From positions 1-40,872 of the forward strand of contig JBATFE010000468.1 in NCBI GenBank assembly GCA_049664445.1: DNA of 40,872 bases. The letters run 5' to 3'. The position numbers were made by a program, and so were the translations under genes. This document shows positions 21,935 to 31,016 of the stretch, piece by piece. This stretch comes from Gammaproteobacteria bacterium. GTDB lineage: Bacteria; Pseudomonadota; Gammaproteobacteria; UBA9214. The notes under the pieces were generated by a model that saw only the letters and a list, made by a program, of their open reading frames with translations, ran no database searches and was not told where the DNA came from. How positions within the stretch are numbered: position 1 is the first letter of the stretch; each line of letters starts with the position of its first letter.

Positions 21935-22140
21935 AAGTTGTACTCCTCAAAGGTCACTCCGCAACACCGAACAGGATGCCCTGGAATGATAAGCTTAAGA
22001 ACAGGATTTAATACCCTGCACCATTTCTGACCTCACACAGTGACTCATGTTCTTTGCCTGCCGATGAGCCATATCGATTTGGCGAGTTTTTTATATGAAC
22101 GTATAAGTATATTTATCTGTTCTACTACGGTCAATTTAAC

Positions 22141-22566
22141 TTAGCACTGTTCCCAGGGGAGTCCATGAAAACGCCAGCCACCCTGTGTCGAACGATGGTG
22201 TTTATCATCCAGTTCCCCCTCAAAACCCTCGGAGACATTGTAAACCTCCATAAATCCACTTTCAATCAATAGCTTACCTGCCTCTAGCGAGCGTTTACCA
22301 CTACGACATATGAGTACAACCGGTGCATCATTGCCGTGATCATCCATGCCGACCCCGCCGAGCATCACCTTGCGTACCTCGGTGATAAAATTCGGGTTTA
22401 CAATCCAGTCCGGCTCATCAATCCATGGCACATGAACGCTGCCCCGGGGATGTCCGACAAACAGGAATTCCATACTGGAACGCACATCAATCAACACAAC
22501 TCGCTGATCTTTCTCGACCAGTCTATATGCCTCCGCAGGCGTTACGGACTGAACTTCGCTGGCCAT
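22141..22566 (-). CDS. Rhodanese-domain sulfurtransferase
   Basis: Active-site loop VVLICRSGKRSLEAG (CRxGxR). The ATG at 22566 with AGGAGA 7 nt upstream is preferred over 22605. Confidence 0.8.
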   Translation of the reverse strand: MASEVQSVTPAEAYRLVEKDQRVVLIDVRSSMEFLFVGHPRGSVHVPWIDEPDWIVNPNFITEVRKVMLGGVGMDDHGNDAPVVLICRSGKRSLEAGKLLIESGFMEVYNVSEGFEGELDDKHHRSTQGGWRFHGLPWEQC

Positions 22567-22784
22567 AGCGTAATCTCCTGATTCGTAGGTAGCGGTATCA
22601 TGCATTCTCTAGCTAACCGCCCTGTGAGGCAAATTACTGTTATGAATTAATTTTATTTGGACTATAGTCTGGCAGTGCCGGAAATAAACCTATCAATACG
22701 TGCCAACGATGAATACCCGCGGCCAAAGATATGCAATACGCCCCACAAATTCTATCGTTTAATGGATTAAGCATCTGGCCTTCC

Positions 22785-22860
22785 CCACATAAATTAATTA
22801 TTAGTAATTGTGGTTAATAATATTTATATTACGCTGTAAATATGGATTTATGTGGTTAAT
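22785..22860. promoter_or_regulatory. AT-rich divergent control region with repeated TGTGGTTAAT and TTTATGTGG motifs
   Basis: TGTGGTTAAT occurs at 22809-22818 and 22851-22860, a direct repeat 42 bp apart. CCACATAAA (22785-22793) is the reverse complement of TTTATGTGG (22847-22855). Confidence 0.4.
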
Positions 22861-22872
22861 TATTATTGAATA

Positions 22873-23793
22873 ATGGCCGATTTACGCCCCTTACTGATTA
22901 AATCGATCCTGTACCTCTGTGCCTTCCTGCCCTTGCCAATCCTCCATGGCATCGGGGTCTGCATCGGCTGGGGGCTTTTCCTGATTCCGAATCGTTCCCG
23001 GCAGACAAGCGAAATTAATATTGCCTTGTGCTGGCCGGAACTCTCTACCCGGGAGCGGCGCATACTGCTTCAAAAAAGCCTCAGGGAAACCGGCAAGACC
23101 ATTATAGAAACCAGCGCCTTGTGGTTGCGCCCCGGGGAAAACGCGCTGCACTTGATCAAGCGGGTCGATGGTAACGAGCTGGTTGAACAGGTCATTGCCA
23201 GAGGGTCAGGCGCCATCCTCGCAACACCACATCTTGGCGCATGGGAAGCCGCAGGTCTATATGGTTCCGCGCACTTCAAAATCACCTGCCTGTACCGCCC
23301 CTTGAAAATTCGGGAGCTGGAGCATCTGGTGCAAACCGCACGCAACCGCCTCGGCGGCAACTATGTACCGGCAACAGCCACGGGTATCCGTCTGCTCTAT
23401 AAAGCGCTGGATCAGGGAGGTGTAGTTGCGATGCTACCGGACCAGGAACCACAAGCCGGCACCGGGATGTTCGCACCGTTCTTCGGAATACCGGCCTACA
23501 GTATGGTCTTCCTGGCACGACTGTCCGCCAGAACAGGTACACCGGTCATCTTTGCATGGTGCGAACGACTGTCGTGGGGTCGCGGCTATCACCTGCATTT
23601 CAGGGCACTACCCGAAGGCGTCCACGCAGACATTCATACCGCAGTCACAGCAATCAACCAGGCCGTTGAAGACTGTGTACGGGAATGTCCGGAACAGTAT
23701 CAGTGGAGTTACCGTCGCTTCAAAACCCGGCCAGATGGTGAAACCTCATTCTACAAAAAGAAACGCCCGGCCGTAAAACCCGTTGATGGCTAG
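22873..23793 (+). CDS. Lipid A biosynthesis late acyltransferase (LpxL/LpxM/HtrB family)
   Basis: N-terminal TM segment, an LATPHLGAWE (HX4E-like) catalytic motif and MLPDQ are typical of the family. Which paralogue it is cannot be assigned. Confidence 0.8.
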   Translation: MADLRPLLIKSILYLCAFLPLPILHGIGVCIGWGLFLIPNRSRQTSEINIALCWPELSTRERRILLQKSLRETGKTIIETSALWLRPGENALHLIKRVDGNELVEQVIARGSGAILATPHLGAWEAAGLYGSAHFKITCLYRPLKIRELEHLVQTARNRLGGNYVPATATGIRLLYKALDQGGVVAMLPDQEPQAGTGMFAPFFGIPAYSMVFLARLSARTGTPVIFAWCERLSWGRGYHLHFRALPEGVHADIHTAVTAINQAVEDCVRECPEQYQWSYRRFKTRPDGETSFYKKKRPAVKPVDG

Positions 23794-25241
23794 CGCCGCC
23801 AGAATGCGCCCGTGAACAGGATCAGCAAGGTAAATATTTCCAGCCTGCCGAGCATCATGGCAAACGACAACGCCCACTTTGCAGGATCAGTCAGACCGAT
23901 GAAATTCTCCGCCACCCCCGCCAGTCCGGGACCAAGATTGTTCATGCAGGCGGCGACCGCCGAAAATGCCGTTATCTGATCCAGGCCGGTGGCCATGAGG
24001 AATAACATAAGGATAACGAAGCTGGCCACATAGGCAGCAAAGAATCCCCATACCGCACTGATGACACGGTCCGGCATGGGTTTGCCCCCGACCTTGACGG
24101 GTATCTGCGCATTCGGCCGGATCAGCCGCAGGGTCTCCCGGTGTCCCTGCTTGAGCAGCAACACAAAGCGGATAACCTTCATCCCGCCCCCCGTTGAACC
24201 CGCACAGCCGCCGACGAAACTTACAAACAGCAGCATCACCGGCAGAAATCCGGGCCAGTTAACGTAATCCGCAGTCGTAAATCCTGTTGTCGTACCGATG
24301 GAAACAGCCTGAAACAGGCCGGCATACAGGGCATCATCAAAAAATATAAAGGTATCCGTATAGTAGAGATAAAACACTATGATGGCTGTCACCAGCGCAA
24401 GCAGGGATAAATACGCTTTCAGCTCCGAGTCACGCAGGTAGGCCTTCAGACTCAGAGATCGCCAGGCAATGAAATGCAAAGCGAAGTTCATACCCGCCAC
24501 CAGCATGAACACCACGGCTATCATCTCGATACTGGTACTTTGAAAATAACCGATGCTTTTGTCATGTGTCGAAAAGCCGCCAATTGCGATGGTCGAAAAA
24601 CTGTGACTGATGGCATCAAAGCCGCTCATCCCCGCGAGCCAGAAACAGACGGCACATATAACGGTCAAGGTCACATAGATATACCAAAGTGCCTTTGCTG
24701 TTTCCGTGATACGCGGTGTCAGCTTGTTATCTTTCAGCGGACCCGGCGTTTCAGCGCGATACAATTGCATACCACCCACACCGAGCATTGGCATAATGGC
24801 GACAGCCAGAACGATAATGCCCATACCTCCCAGCCATTGCAGTTGCTGGCGATAGAACAGGATTGACTCGGGCAAACTATCCAGCCCGGTAATAACCGTG
24901 GCACCCGTCGTTGTCAGACCGGAAAAGGACTCGAACACGGCATCCGTTATAGACATCTCAGGTCTTAAGGAAAAAGCCAGCGGCAAGGCACCCGCCAGCC
25001 CGAGGACCACCCAGAACAATACAACGATAAGAAAACCGTCCCGCACGCGCAGTTCATCCTTGTAACGCATTGCGGGTAGCCACAGCAGACAACCCAGCAC
25101 CAGCGCCGCAAGCATGCCATCAAGGAAGACCAGCAATTGTCCGTCATTGTAAAGCCAGGACACGGCCGCGGGTGGCAGCAGCGTGATGCTGAACAACATC
25201 AGCAACAGACCAAGCAGTCGTTGAATGGAAAGCAGATGCAC
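23790..25241 (-). CDS. trkH: Trk-type potassium uptake membrane subunit
   Basis: 483 aa polytopic protein with repeated pore-loop motifs (TTTG/TTGF, GGS.GG.K). It lies directly downstream of trkA. Confidence 0.9.
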   Translation of the reverse strand: MHLLSIQRLLGLLLMLFSITLLPPAAVSWLYNDGQLLVFLDGMLAALVLGCLLWLPAMRYKDELRVRDGFLIVVLFWVVLGLAGALPLAFSLRPEMSITDAVFESFSGLTTTGATVITGLDSLPESILFYRQQLQWLGGMGIIVLAVAIMPMLGVGGMQLYRAETPGPLKDNKLTPRITETAKALWYIYVTLTVICAVCFWLAGMSGFDAISHSFSTIAIGGFSTHDKSIGYFQSTSIEMIAVVFMLVAGMNFALHFIAWRSLSLKAYLRDSELKAYLSLLALVTAIIVFYLYYTDTFIFFDDALYAGLFQAVSIGTTTGFTTADYVNWPGFLPVMLLFVSFVGGCAGSTGGGMKVIRFVLLLKQGHRETLRLIRPNAQIPVKVGGKPMPDRVISAVWGFFAAYVASFVILMLFLMATGLDQITAFSAVAACMNNLGPGLAGVAENFIGLTDPAKWALSFAMMLGRLEIFTLLILFTGAFWRR

Positions 25242-25299
25242 GGCTCAAGCACCCGCCATAATCAGCAACAAGCACACAACAACATTGCCGCTACGCATA

Positions 25300-26673
25300 T
25301 CAGAAAAAGGTCACTCCAACCTGGAACAAGCGTTCGACTTGCTGAATACATTTTTTATCGGCGAGAAACAAAATCACGTGATCGTCAATTTCGATCACCG
25401 TATCGTGATGCGCTATAATCACTTCATCACCGCGGACGATGGCGCCAATGGTTGTTCCTTTCGGCAGCTTGATTTCATCAATGGCCCTTCCCACCACCCT
25501 GGAACTGCTGCGATCGCCATGCGCAACAGCTTCAATCGCCTCGGCAGCACCACGCCGCAACGAGTGCACCATGACAACATCGCCGCGCCGGATATGTGTC
25601 AGCAAACTGCCTATGGTGGCCTGCTGTGGCGAGATCGCGACGTCGATGGTGCCACTTTGTACCAGGTTGACGTAGGAGGCGCGATTGATCAGCGACATGA
25701 CCTTGCGTGCACCAAGGCGTTTGGCAAGCATCGCTGAAAGTATATTGGCTTCCTCATCATTGGTCAGTGCGCAGAAGACATCGGTGTTCTCTATGTTCTC
25801 TTCCAGCAACAGTTCTTCATCTGCCGCATCGCCCAGCAGCACGATCGTTTTATCAAGGGTTTCTGACAGCATCCTGGCACGGTCTTCCAGTCGCTCGATA
25901 ATCTTGACCTGGTAGCTGCCCTCGATTGCAGAGGCCAGTCGCATACCGATGTTGCCACCGCCTGCCAGCATTACACGCTTAACCGCCTTGTCCATTTTGC
26001 GCAGTTCACCCATTACCGTGCGAATATGTTTGCGGGCCGCGACAAAAAACACTTCATCGTCAGCCTCGATAATGGTGTCACCTTCCGGTGTTATAGGCTT
26101 GCCCTGGCGAAAGATAGATGCCACGCGCGCATCAATACCCGGCATATGTTCCTTCAAGTCGCGCAATTCATGTCCCACCAGCGGGCCGCCATAGTAGGCA
26201 TGCACGGCCACCAGCTGTACCTTGCCGCCCGCAAAATCGAGCACCTGCAAGGCGCCGGGGTTTTCAATCAGTCGCTGAATGTAATCGGTCACCAGCTGCT
26301 CGGGGCTGATGAGTACATCAATGGGCAGTGCTTCCTGAGCAAACAGGCGCATATGATTCAGGTACTCAACCGAACGCACCCGCGCAATCTTCGTGGGTGT
26401 GTGAAACAGGGTATAGGCGACCTGGCAGGCAATCATGTTGGTCTCATCACTGTGTGTAACAGCGATGATCATATCGGCATCCTCAGCGCCCGCCTGCACA
26501 AGCGTATCCGGATGTGATGCATGCCCCTGGATAGTGCGGATATCGAGACGATCCTGCAGGTCCTGCAGGGTGGCCGGATTCTCATCAACGACAGTGATAT
26601 CGTTGGCCTCACTGGCGAGGTTGGCAGCGACCGAGGCACCGACCTGGCCGGCACCCAGTATAATGATCTTCAT
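25300..26673 (-). CDS. trkA: Trk system NAD-binding peripheral subunit
   Basis: Two tandem RCK modules, each starting with a Rossmann motif ([12 protein letters not shown] and [10 protein letters not shown]). The length of 457 aa fits. Confidence 0.95.
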   Translation of the reverse strand: MKIIILGAGQVGASVAANLASEANDITVVDENPATLQDLQDRLDIRTIQGHASHPDTLVQAGAEDADMIIAVTHSDETNMIACQVAYTLFHTPTKIARVRSVEYLNHMRLFAQEALPIDVLISPEQLVTDYIQRLIENPGALQVLDFAGGKVQLVAVHAYYGGPLVGHELRDLKEHMPGIDARVASIFRQGKPITPEGDTIIEADDEVFFVAARKHIRTVMGELRKMDKAVKRVMLAGGGNIGMRLASAIEGSYQVKIIERLEDRARMLSETLDKTIVLLGDAADEELLLEENIENTDVFCALTNDEEANILSAMLAKRLGARKVMSLINRASYVNLVQSGTIDVAISPQQATIGSLLTHIRRGDVVMVHSLRRGAAEAIEAVAHGDRSSSRVVGRAIDEIKLPKGTTIGAIVRGDEVIIAHHDTVIEIDDHVILFLADKKCIQQVERLFQVGVTFF

Positions 26674-26729
26674 GTGGCGACTTTCCCTGTCGGTATTTCC
26701 TGTTGTCCGGAAATGCAGCCTGATAACAT

Positions 26730-28097
26730 CTACTCGTTACCCTTTTTGTGGTCAATGCCGAGGGCGCGCAACTTTCTGTACAGGTGTGTACGCTCCATGC
26801 CCACACGTTTGGAAAGCTTGCCGACACTGCCGCCTACTTCCACCAACTGGTGAAGCAGATAATCATGCTCGAACTTTTCACGAGCCTCGCGCAACGGCAG
26901 GTCATAGGGCAGTAACGGTGCCGCGGACTCGGCAGCTACCGGACGCGTATTGATCGCCTGCTCAACCTCTGCAACCTCGATCTCCTCGCCAGAACCCAGT
27001 ATCAGCAGGCGCTGCACCAGGTTCTTCAACTCACGTATATTCCCGGGCCAGCCATAGTTCCGCAGCCGGTTCTGCGCCGCCACAGTGAAATGCCTGTAGG
27101 CAAGCCGCTCATGTGTAACGAGGTAATTTATGTAGAAATCAAGCAGCTCGTGCACATCGTCTGCATGCTCTCGCAAGGCAGGAATATGCAGTGGCACCAC
27201 GTTCAAATGATAAAAGAGGTCATCCCTGAAGCGGCCGGATGCCACCTCATCCTCCAGATTACGCTGGGTTGTGGCAATCACGCGCAAATCGACATCGACA
27301 TCTTCACTGCCACCCAGACGGGTAAAGGAGTGTGTCTGAAATACACTCAACAGGCGTGCCTGCGTCTGTAAATCCATATCCGCGATATCACCGATACAGA
27401 GTGTCCCGCCATTAGCCTGTTCAAGCCGTCCGTAGTGAACCGCCTCGCCATCTTCCGTACCGAATAATTCAGCAGCGGAGTTTTCCTCTGATATGGAGCC
27501 GACAGCAATTTCGACAAACGGACCATCACGACGCGCACTCTGGGCATGAATGTAGCGTGCGAAGGTGCCCTTGCCAGTGCCGGCCTCACCGCGAATCAGT
27601 ACCCAGCTATTGTGTTGCGCGAGTTTCTTTGCCTGTTCACGCAACTGCGTCATTACCGGTGATTTGCCTTGCGGATCAATGATCGGTGGCGCATGCTCGC
27701 GCAAATCCACGTTTTCACGCGCCAGCCGGTCACTCTCAAAAGCACGCTCTACCGTTAACAGCAGTTTTGCCAGCGAGATCGGTTTTTCGATAAAGTCGTA
27801 GGCACCCAGCCGGGTGGCCTCGACCGCAGTCTCCACCGTACCATGCCCCGACATCATCACTACCGGGCAGGGCAGATCACCGTCCTCGGACCATTCACGC
27901 AGCAAGGTAATGCCATCGATTCCCTCCATCCAGATATCAAGCAGAATCAGATCCGGACGGCGTAGCCGTCGCGCCTTGCGTGCAGCCTCGCCGCCGTCAG
28001 CCGTCGCGACAGAGTAGCCCTCATCCTCGAGAATTTCCTGCACAAGGCTGCGGATATCAGGCTCATCATCAACAACGAGTATGTGTCGGCTCGTCAT
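26730..28097 (-). CDS. ntrX: NtrC-family response regulator (NtrX type) with receiver, AAA+ and Fis-type HTH domains
   Basis: Receiver domain ([11 protein letters not shown]...DLILLDIWM). Walker [10 protein letters not shown]-terminal HTH ([26 protein letters not shown]). It lies downstream of ntrY. The GAFTGA loop and the canonical Walker B DE are absent. Confidence 0.85.
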   Translation of the reverse strand: MTSRHILVVDDEPDIRSLVQEILEDEGYSVATADGGEAARKARRLRRPDLILLDIWMEGIDGITLLREWSEDGDLPCPVVMMSGHGTVETAVEATRLGAYDFIEKPISLAKLLLTVERAFESDRLARENVDLREHAPPIIDPQGKSPVMTQLREQAKKLAQHNSWVLIRGEAGTGKGTFARYIHAQSARRDGPFVEIAVGSISEENSAAELFGTEDGEAVHYGRLEQANGGTLCIGDIADMDLQTQARLLSVFQTHSFTRLGGSEDVDVDLRVIATTQRNLEDEVASGRFRDDLFYHLNVVPLHIPALREHADDVHELLDFYINYLVTHERLAYRHFTVAAQNRLRNYGWPGNIRELKNLVQRLLILGSGEEIEVAEVEQAINTRPVAAESAAPLLPYDLPLREAREKFEHDYLLHQLVEVGGSVGKLSKRVGMERTHLYRKLRALGIDHKKGNE

Positions 28098-28209
28098 ATG
28101 CCGTATTCTTTATTCATGAAGTTCATGTTTGTGCCAGTACTGATGCATGAACGAACAGTCGTCCTGCAAAAATCAATTATAGCTCACACTTGCCGGCAGA
28201 TGTCGCTAC

Positions 28210-30417
28210 TCAGGAAAGTGCCTGATTGTCTGAAACCAGCCTGTTTTCATTGAAAAGTGACAGTCGAACTCTGACAAGCGCCCCGCCCGACTTGCCGGAT
28301 TCAGCGCTGATCGCTCCACCGTGTTCCTCGACAATCTTCTTGACGATCGCAAGACCAAGCCCGCTGCCTTTGGGCTTTGTCGAGACATAGGGCTCAAAAA
28401 TATTTTCCAGCACATCCGGCTTGAAGCCGGGCCCGTTATCTTCAACACATAGCTCAATCTGGTTGTTGTTCACGCCATCCACTCCACAGGTCGATACGGT
28501 TACCCGTGCATCAGGCCTTCCCTTGGCGGCCTCCAGCGCATTCTTGATCAGGTTATGCAACAGCTGCCGCAAGCGTCCTGCATCCCCCTCGATAGTGTCA
28601 TTCCCGGCATTCAGCCGCTCGATCACTTCCACTTTCAGATCGTTGCTTCTATAAAGATCCAGGACCTCCTGTACGAGCTGATTGAAGTTCATAACGGCCA
28701 TGTTCAGGTTGGGTGCTCTCGCATATTCGCTGAAGGCATTGACCATCTTTTTCATGGCATCAACCTGGTTGACAATGGTGTGCGTTGCCCGGTCAAGCAA
28801 CTCGGCCTCTTCCGCATCCATTCGCGCCAGATAACGCCGCCGTATGCGTTCCGCAGACAATTGGATCGGCGTCAGCGGATTCTTGATTTCATGTGCCAGG
28901 CGACGCGCCACTTCACCCCATGCCGCATCACGCTGTGCCTGTATCAGTGTGGTAACGTCATCAAATACAATCACCAGACCGCCGGCGCGCCGGCCCTTGC
29001 CACCCAGCACCGTACCCCGACACATCAGCACCTGATGACCACTGGCCCCGAGCAAGGCGATTTCTTCCTCCCAGCTCTTGTCACCCTGACTACGGTGCCT
29101 GTTCACGGCATCAACAAACGGGCCCAGAAATGCATGTTCCACTGCAAGAAAGGACATCTCCCGCCCCAGGAACTGCCTGGCTTCAATACCGAGGCTTTTG
29201 CTGGCTGTACGGTTAATGGCGCGCACCACTGAGTCGGCACTCATGCTGATAACACCCGATGAAAGATTGGCCAGCACGGCTTCCAGGTAGGCGCGTTGCC
29301 CTTCAATCTGCTGCTGCCCTCGAATTGTCTGCTCGCGTGACCTGGCAAGGCGGCGCGTCATGTCATTAAAAGAGCGCACCAGAAAACCGAGCTCGTCGTC
29401 GCTGGCAACCGACAGCCGTTTGCTATAATCACCATCAGCGACCGCATGCGTTGCTTCGGCCAGGTCACGCACCGGTGCTACGAGGCGACGTGCGGAATGA
29501 AACGCGGCCCAGATAGCCGCCAGCAAACTCAATACCAGCACAATTGACAGTGTCAGGCTATAGCTGAACTTGAGTGGTATTCGCAGATAGGCCAGTTCCT
29601 TGTAGCGGGTGTAGGCTGACTGAACACTATCCGCCAGCAGGCTGAAACGCTCGGAGACCTCGTACAGCGCCTGCAGCGTGTAGACCTCGCTGTCCGAACG
29701 AGATGACAGCACCGGTACCAGCGCACGCGCATACAGGCCACTGTCCCCAAGCGGGTCGAGGCCGATGTAATGCTTGCGATTACGCATCAACATCATCATC
29801 TCGCCGGCAGGCTGATCAGGAATAATATCGGTAATGTCCGAGCTGCTGGAGGCGACAATGCGGCCATCGCCACCGATCAATGTCAGCTCCGCGGCACCGC
29901 TCCTGACGCGGTGGTCGTAGAGTGTCAGTGACAGCGTTGCAGGTGCTGCATCGGATAAATCCTCGGCCATACGAACAGTCAGGTTCAGGATATCGGCCAG
30001 CCTGACATCCAGCGCTGCATGACTGAGCTCAAGCGCATCATCCAGACCCTGTTCAATGCGCACATCAAACCAGCTGTCGATACCGCGCTGCAGAAACTGC
30101 AGCGAGAAGTAATAAACAATCGATACCGGCACCACGGTAAGCACGACGAACATCACTACCAGGCGACTGGTCATGCGTGCACCGGGCACCTTCATGCGCT
30201 GCTGCCGTATCAGGCCGATAATATTCACTATTACCAGTGAGGCGAGAAACACCAGCCCGGCTGCATTGATCAGCAGCAGCATGGAATACATCTGGCCGAA
30301 CCGTTCGGAATTATGGGTTGCGTCGCTGAGCAGAGAGAGCGACACCAGCAACAGCGCAAACAGTACCAGCATCGGCAAAATACCGAAGCCGATGCGTGCT
30401 ATCGAACCAGCTGCCAT
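28210..30417 (-). CDS. ntrY: Sensor histidine kinase NtrY (TM, HAMP, PAS, HisKA, HATPase)
   Basis: N-terminal TM helices and a HAMP domain (PVRDLAEATHAVADGDYSKRL...DELGFLVRSFNDM). H-box LAHEIKNPLTPIQLSAERI. N, G1 and G2 boxes (NLIKNALEA, DNGPGF, GSGLGLAIV). The ATG at 30417 is preferred over the GTG at 30426. Confidence 0.85.
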   Translation of the reverse strand: MAAGSIARIGFGILPMLVLFALLLVSLSLLSDATHNSERFGQMYSMLLLINAAGLVFLASLVIVNIIGLIRQQRMKVPGARMTSRLVVMFVVLTVVPVSIVYYFSLQFLQRGIDSWFDVRIEQGLDDALELSHAALDVRLADILNLTVRMAEDLSDAAPATLSLTLYDHRVRSGAAELTLIGGDGRIVASSSSDITDIIPDQPAGEMMMLMRNRKHYIGLDPLGDSGLYARALVPVLSSRSDSEVYTLQALYEVSERFSLLADSVQSAYTRYKELAYLRIPLKFSYSLTLSIVLVLSLLAAIWAAFHSARRLVAPVRDLAEATHAVADGDYSKRLSVASDDELGFLVRSFNDMTRRLARSREQTIRGQQQIEGQRAYLEAVLANLSSGVISMSADSVVRAINRTASKSLGIEARQFLGREMSFLAVEHAFLGPFVDAVNRHRSQGDKSWEEEIALLGASGHQVLMCRGTVLGGKGRRAGGLVIVFDDVTTLIQAQRDAAWGEVARRLAHEIKNPLTPIQLSAERIRRRYLARMDAEEAELLDRATHTIVNQVDAMKKMVNAFSEYARAPNLNMAVMNFNQLVQEVLDLYRSNDLKVEVIERLNAGNDTIEGDAGRLRQLLHNLIKNALEAAKGRPDARVTVSTCGVDGVNNNQIELCVEDNGPGFKPDVLENIFEPYVSTKPKGSGLGLAIVKKIVEEHGGAISAESGKSGGALVRVRLSLFNENRLVSDNQALS

Positions 30418-31016
30418 TTGTACCACTTGCTCACCATGTTCCAGTCAGAAGATATATAGGCGATCAACCGAACCGGCGTCGGTAACGACTCGACATCCAG
30501 GCTGCCCCTGAGGCGGATGCTGTATGCGGGCCCCCGGTCCAGCGACTGGTCGGTAAGCAGCAAGCTGCTGATTTTTCCTGCCGCCCGTAACGCATCATCA
30601 AGACGACGGTAATTACCCTGCGTAGCGGCGTTGAGGTCCTTGACCTGGTAAGTTTCGCTGAGCGCGTGATATTGCAGCGAACGCCGCCCGGTTATTTCGA
30701 TGACTATGGAATCCCATAGCCAGGTATGTGTCTCAACTACCTGTACCTGCAGCTCGAATAGCAGCGGAACCGAGTTTTGCACGGCTTCCTCGGCACCCGA
30801 ACTCAATTCAATGGCAAACTGTGCATCCAGAAAGTCACTGCCATCGATTCGAAAGGTGTGCGCATCCTCAAGCTTGATGATGCCGGGATGCCCGGCACAG
30901 ACCTGTGCAGGCAAACAGCAGATGACAGACAGCAGCAGCACATTGGCACGGCACCGTATAAAAACGGCGACAGCGGCTAATGATAATGAGCCTGTTATCG
31001 GAGCTTCTGCAAACAT
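30399..31016 (-). CDS. DUF4390-like periplasmic protein, conserved between rsmB and ntrY
   Basis: Signal or anchor segment followed by a beta-rich domain with a Trp-rich C-terminus (SSDWNMVSKWYKW). Its position between rsmB and ntrY is typical of the family. It overlaps both neighbours. Confidence 0.6.
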   Translation of the reverse strand: MFAEAPITGSLSLAAVAVFIRCRANVLLLSVICCLPAQVCAGHPGIIKLEDAHTFRIDGSDFLDAQFAIELSSGAEEAVQNSVPLLFELQVQVVETHTWLWDSIVIEITGRRSLQYHALSETYQVKDLNAATQGNYRRLDDALRAAGKISSLLLTDQSLDRGPAYSIRLRGSLDVESLPTPVRLIAYISSDWNMVSKWYKWQLVR

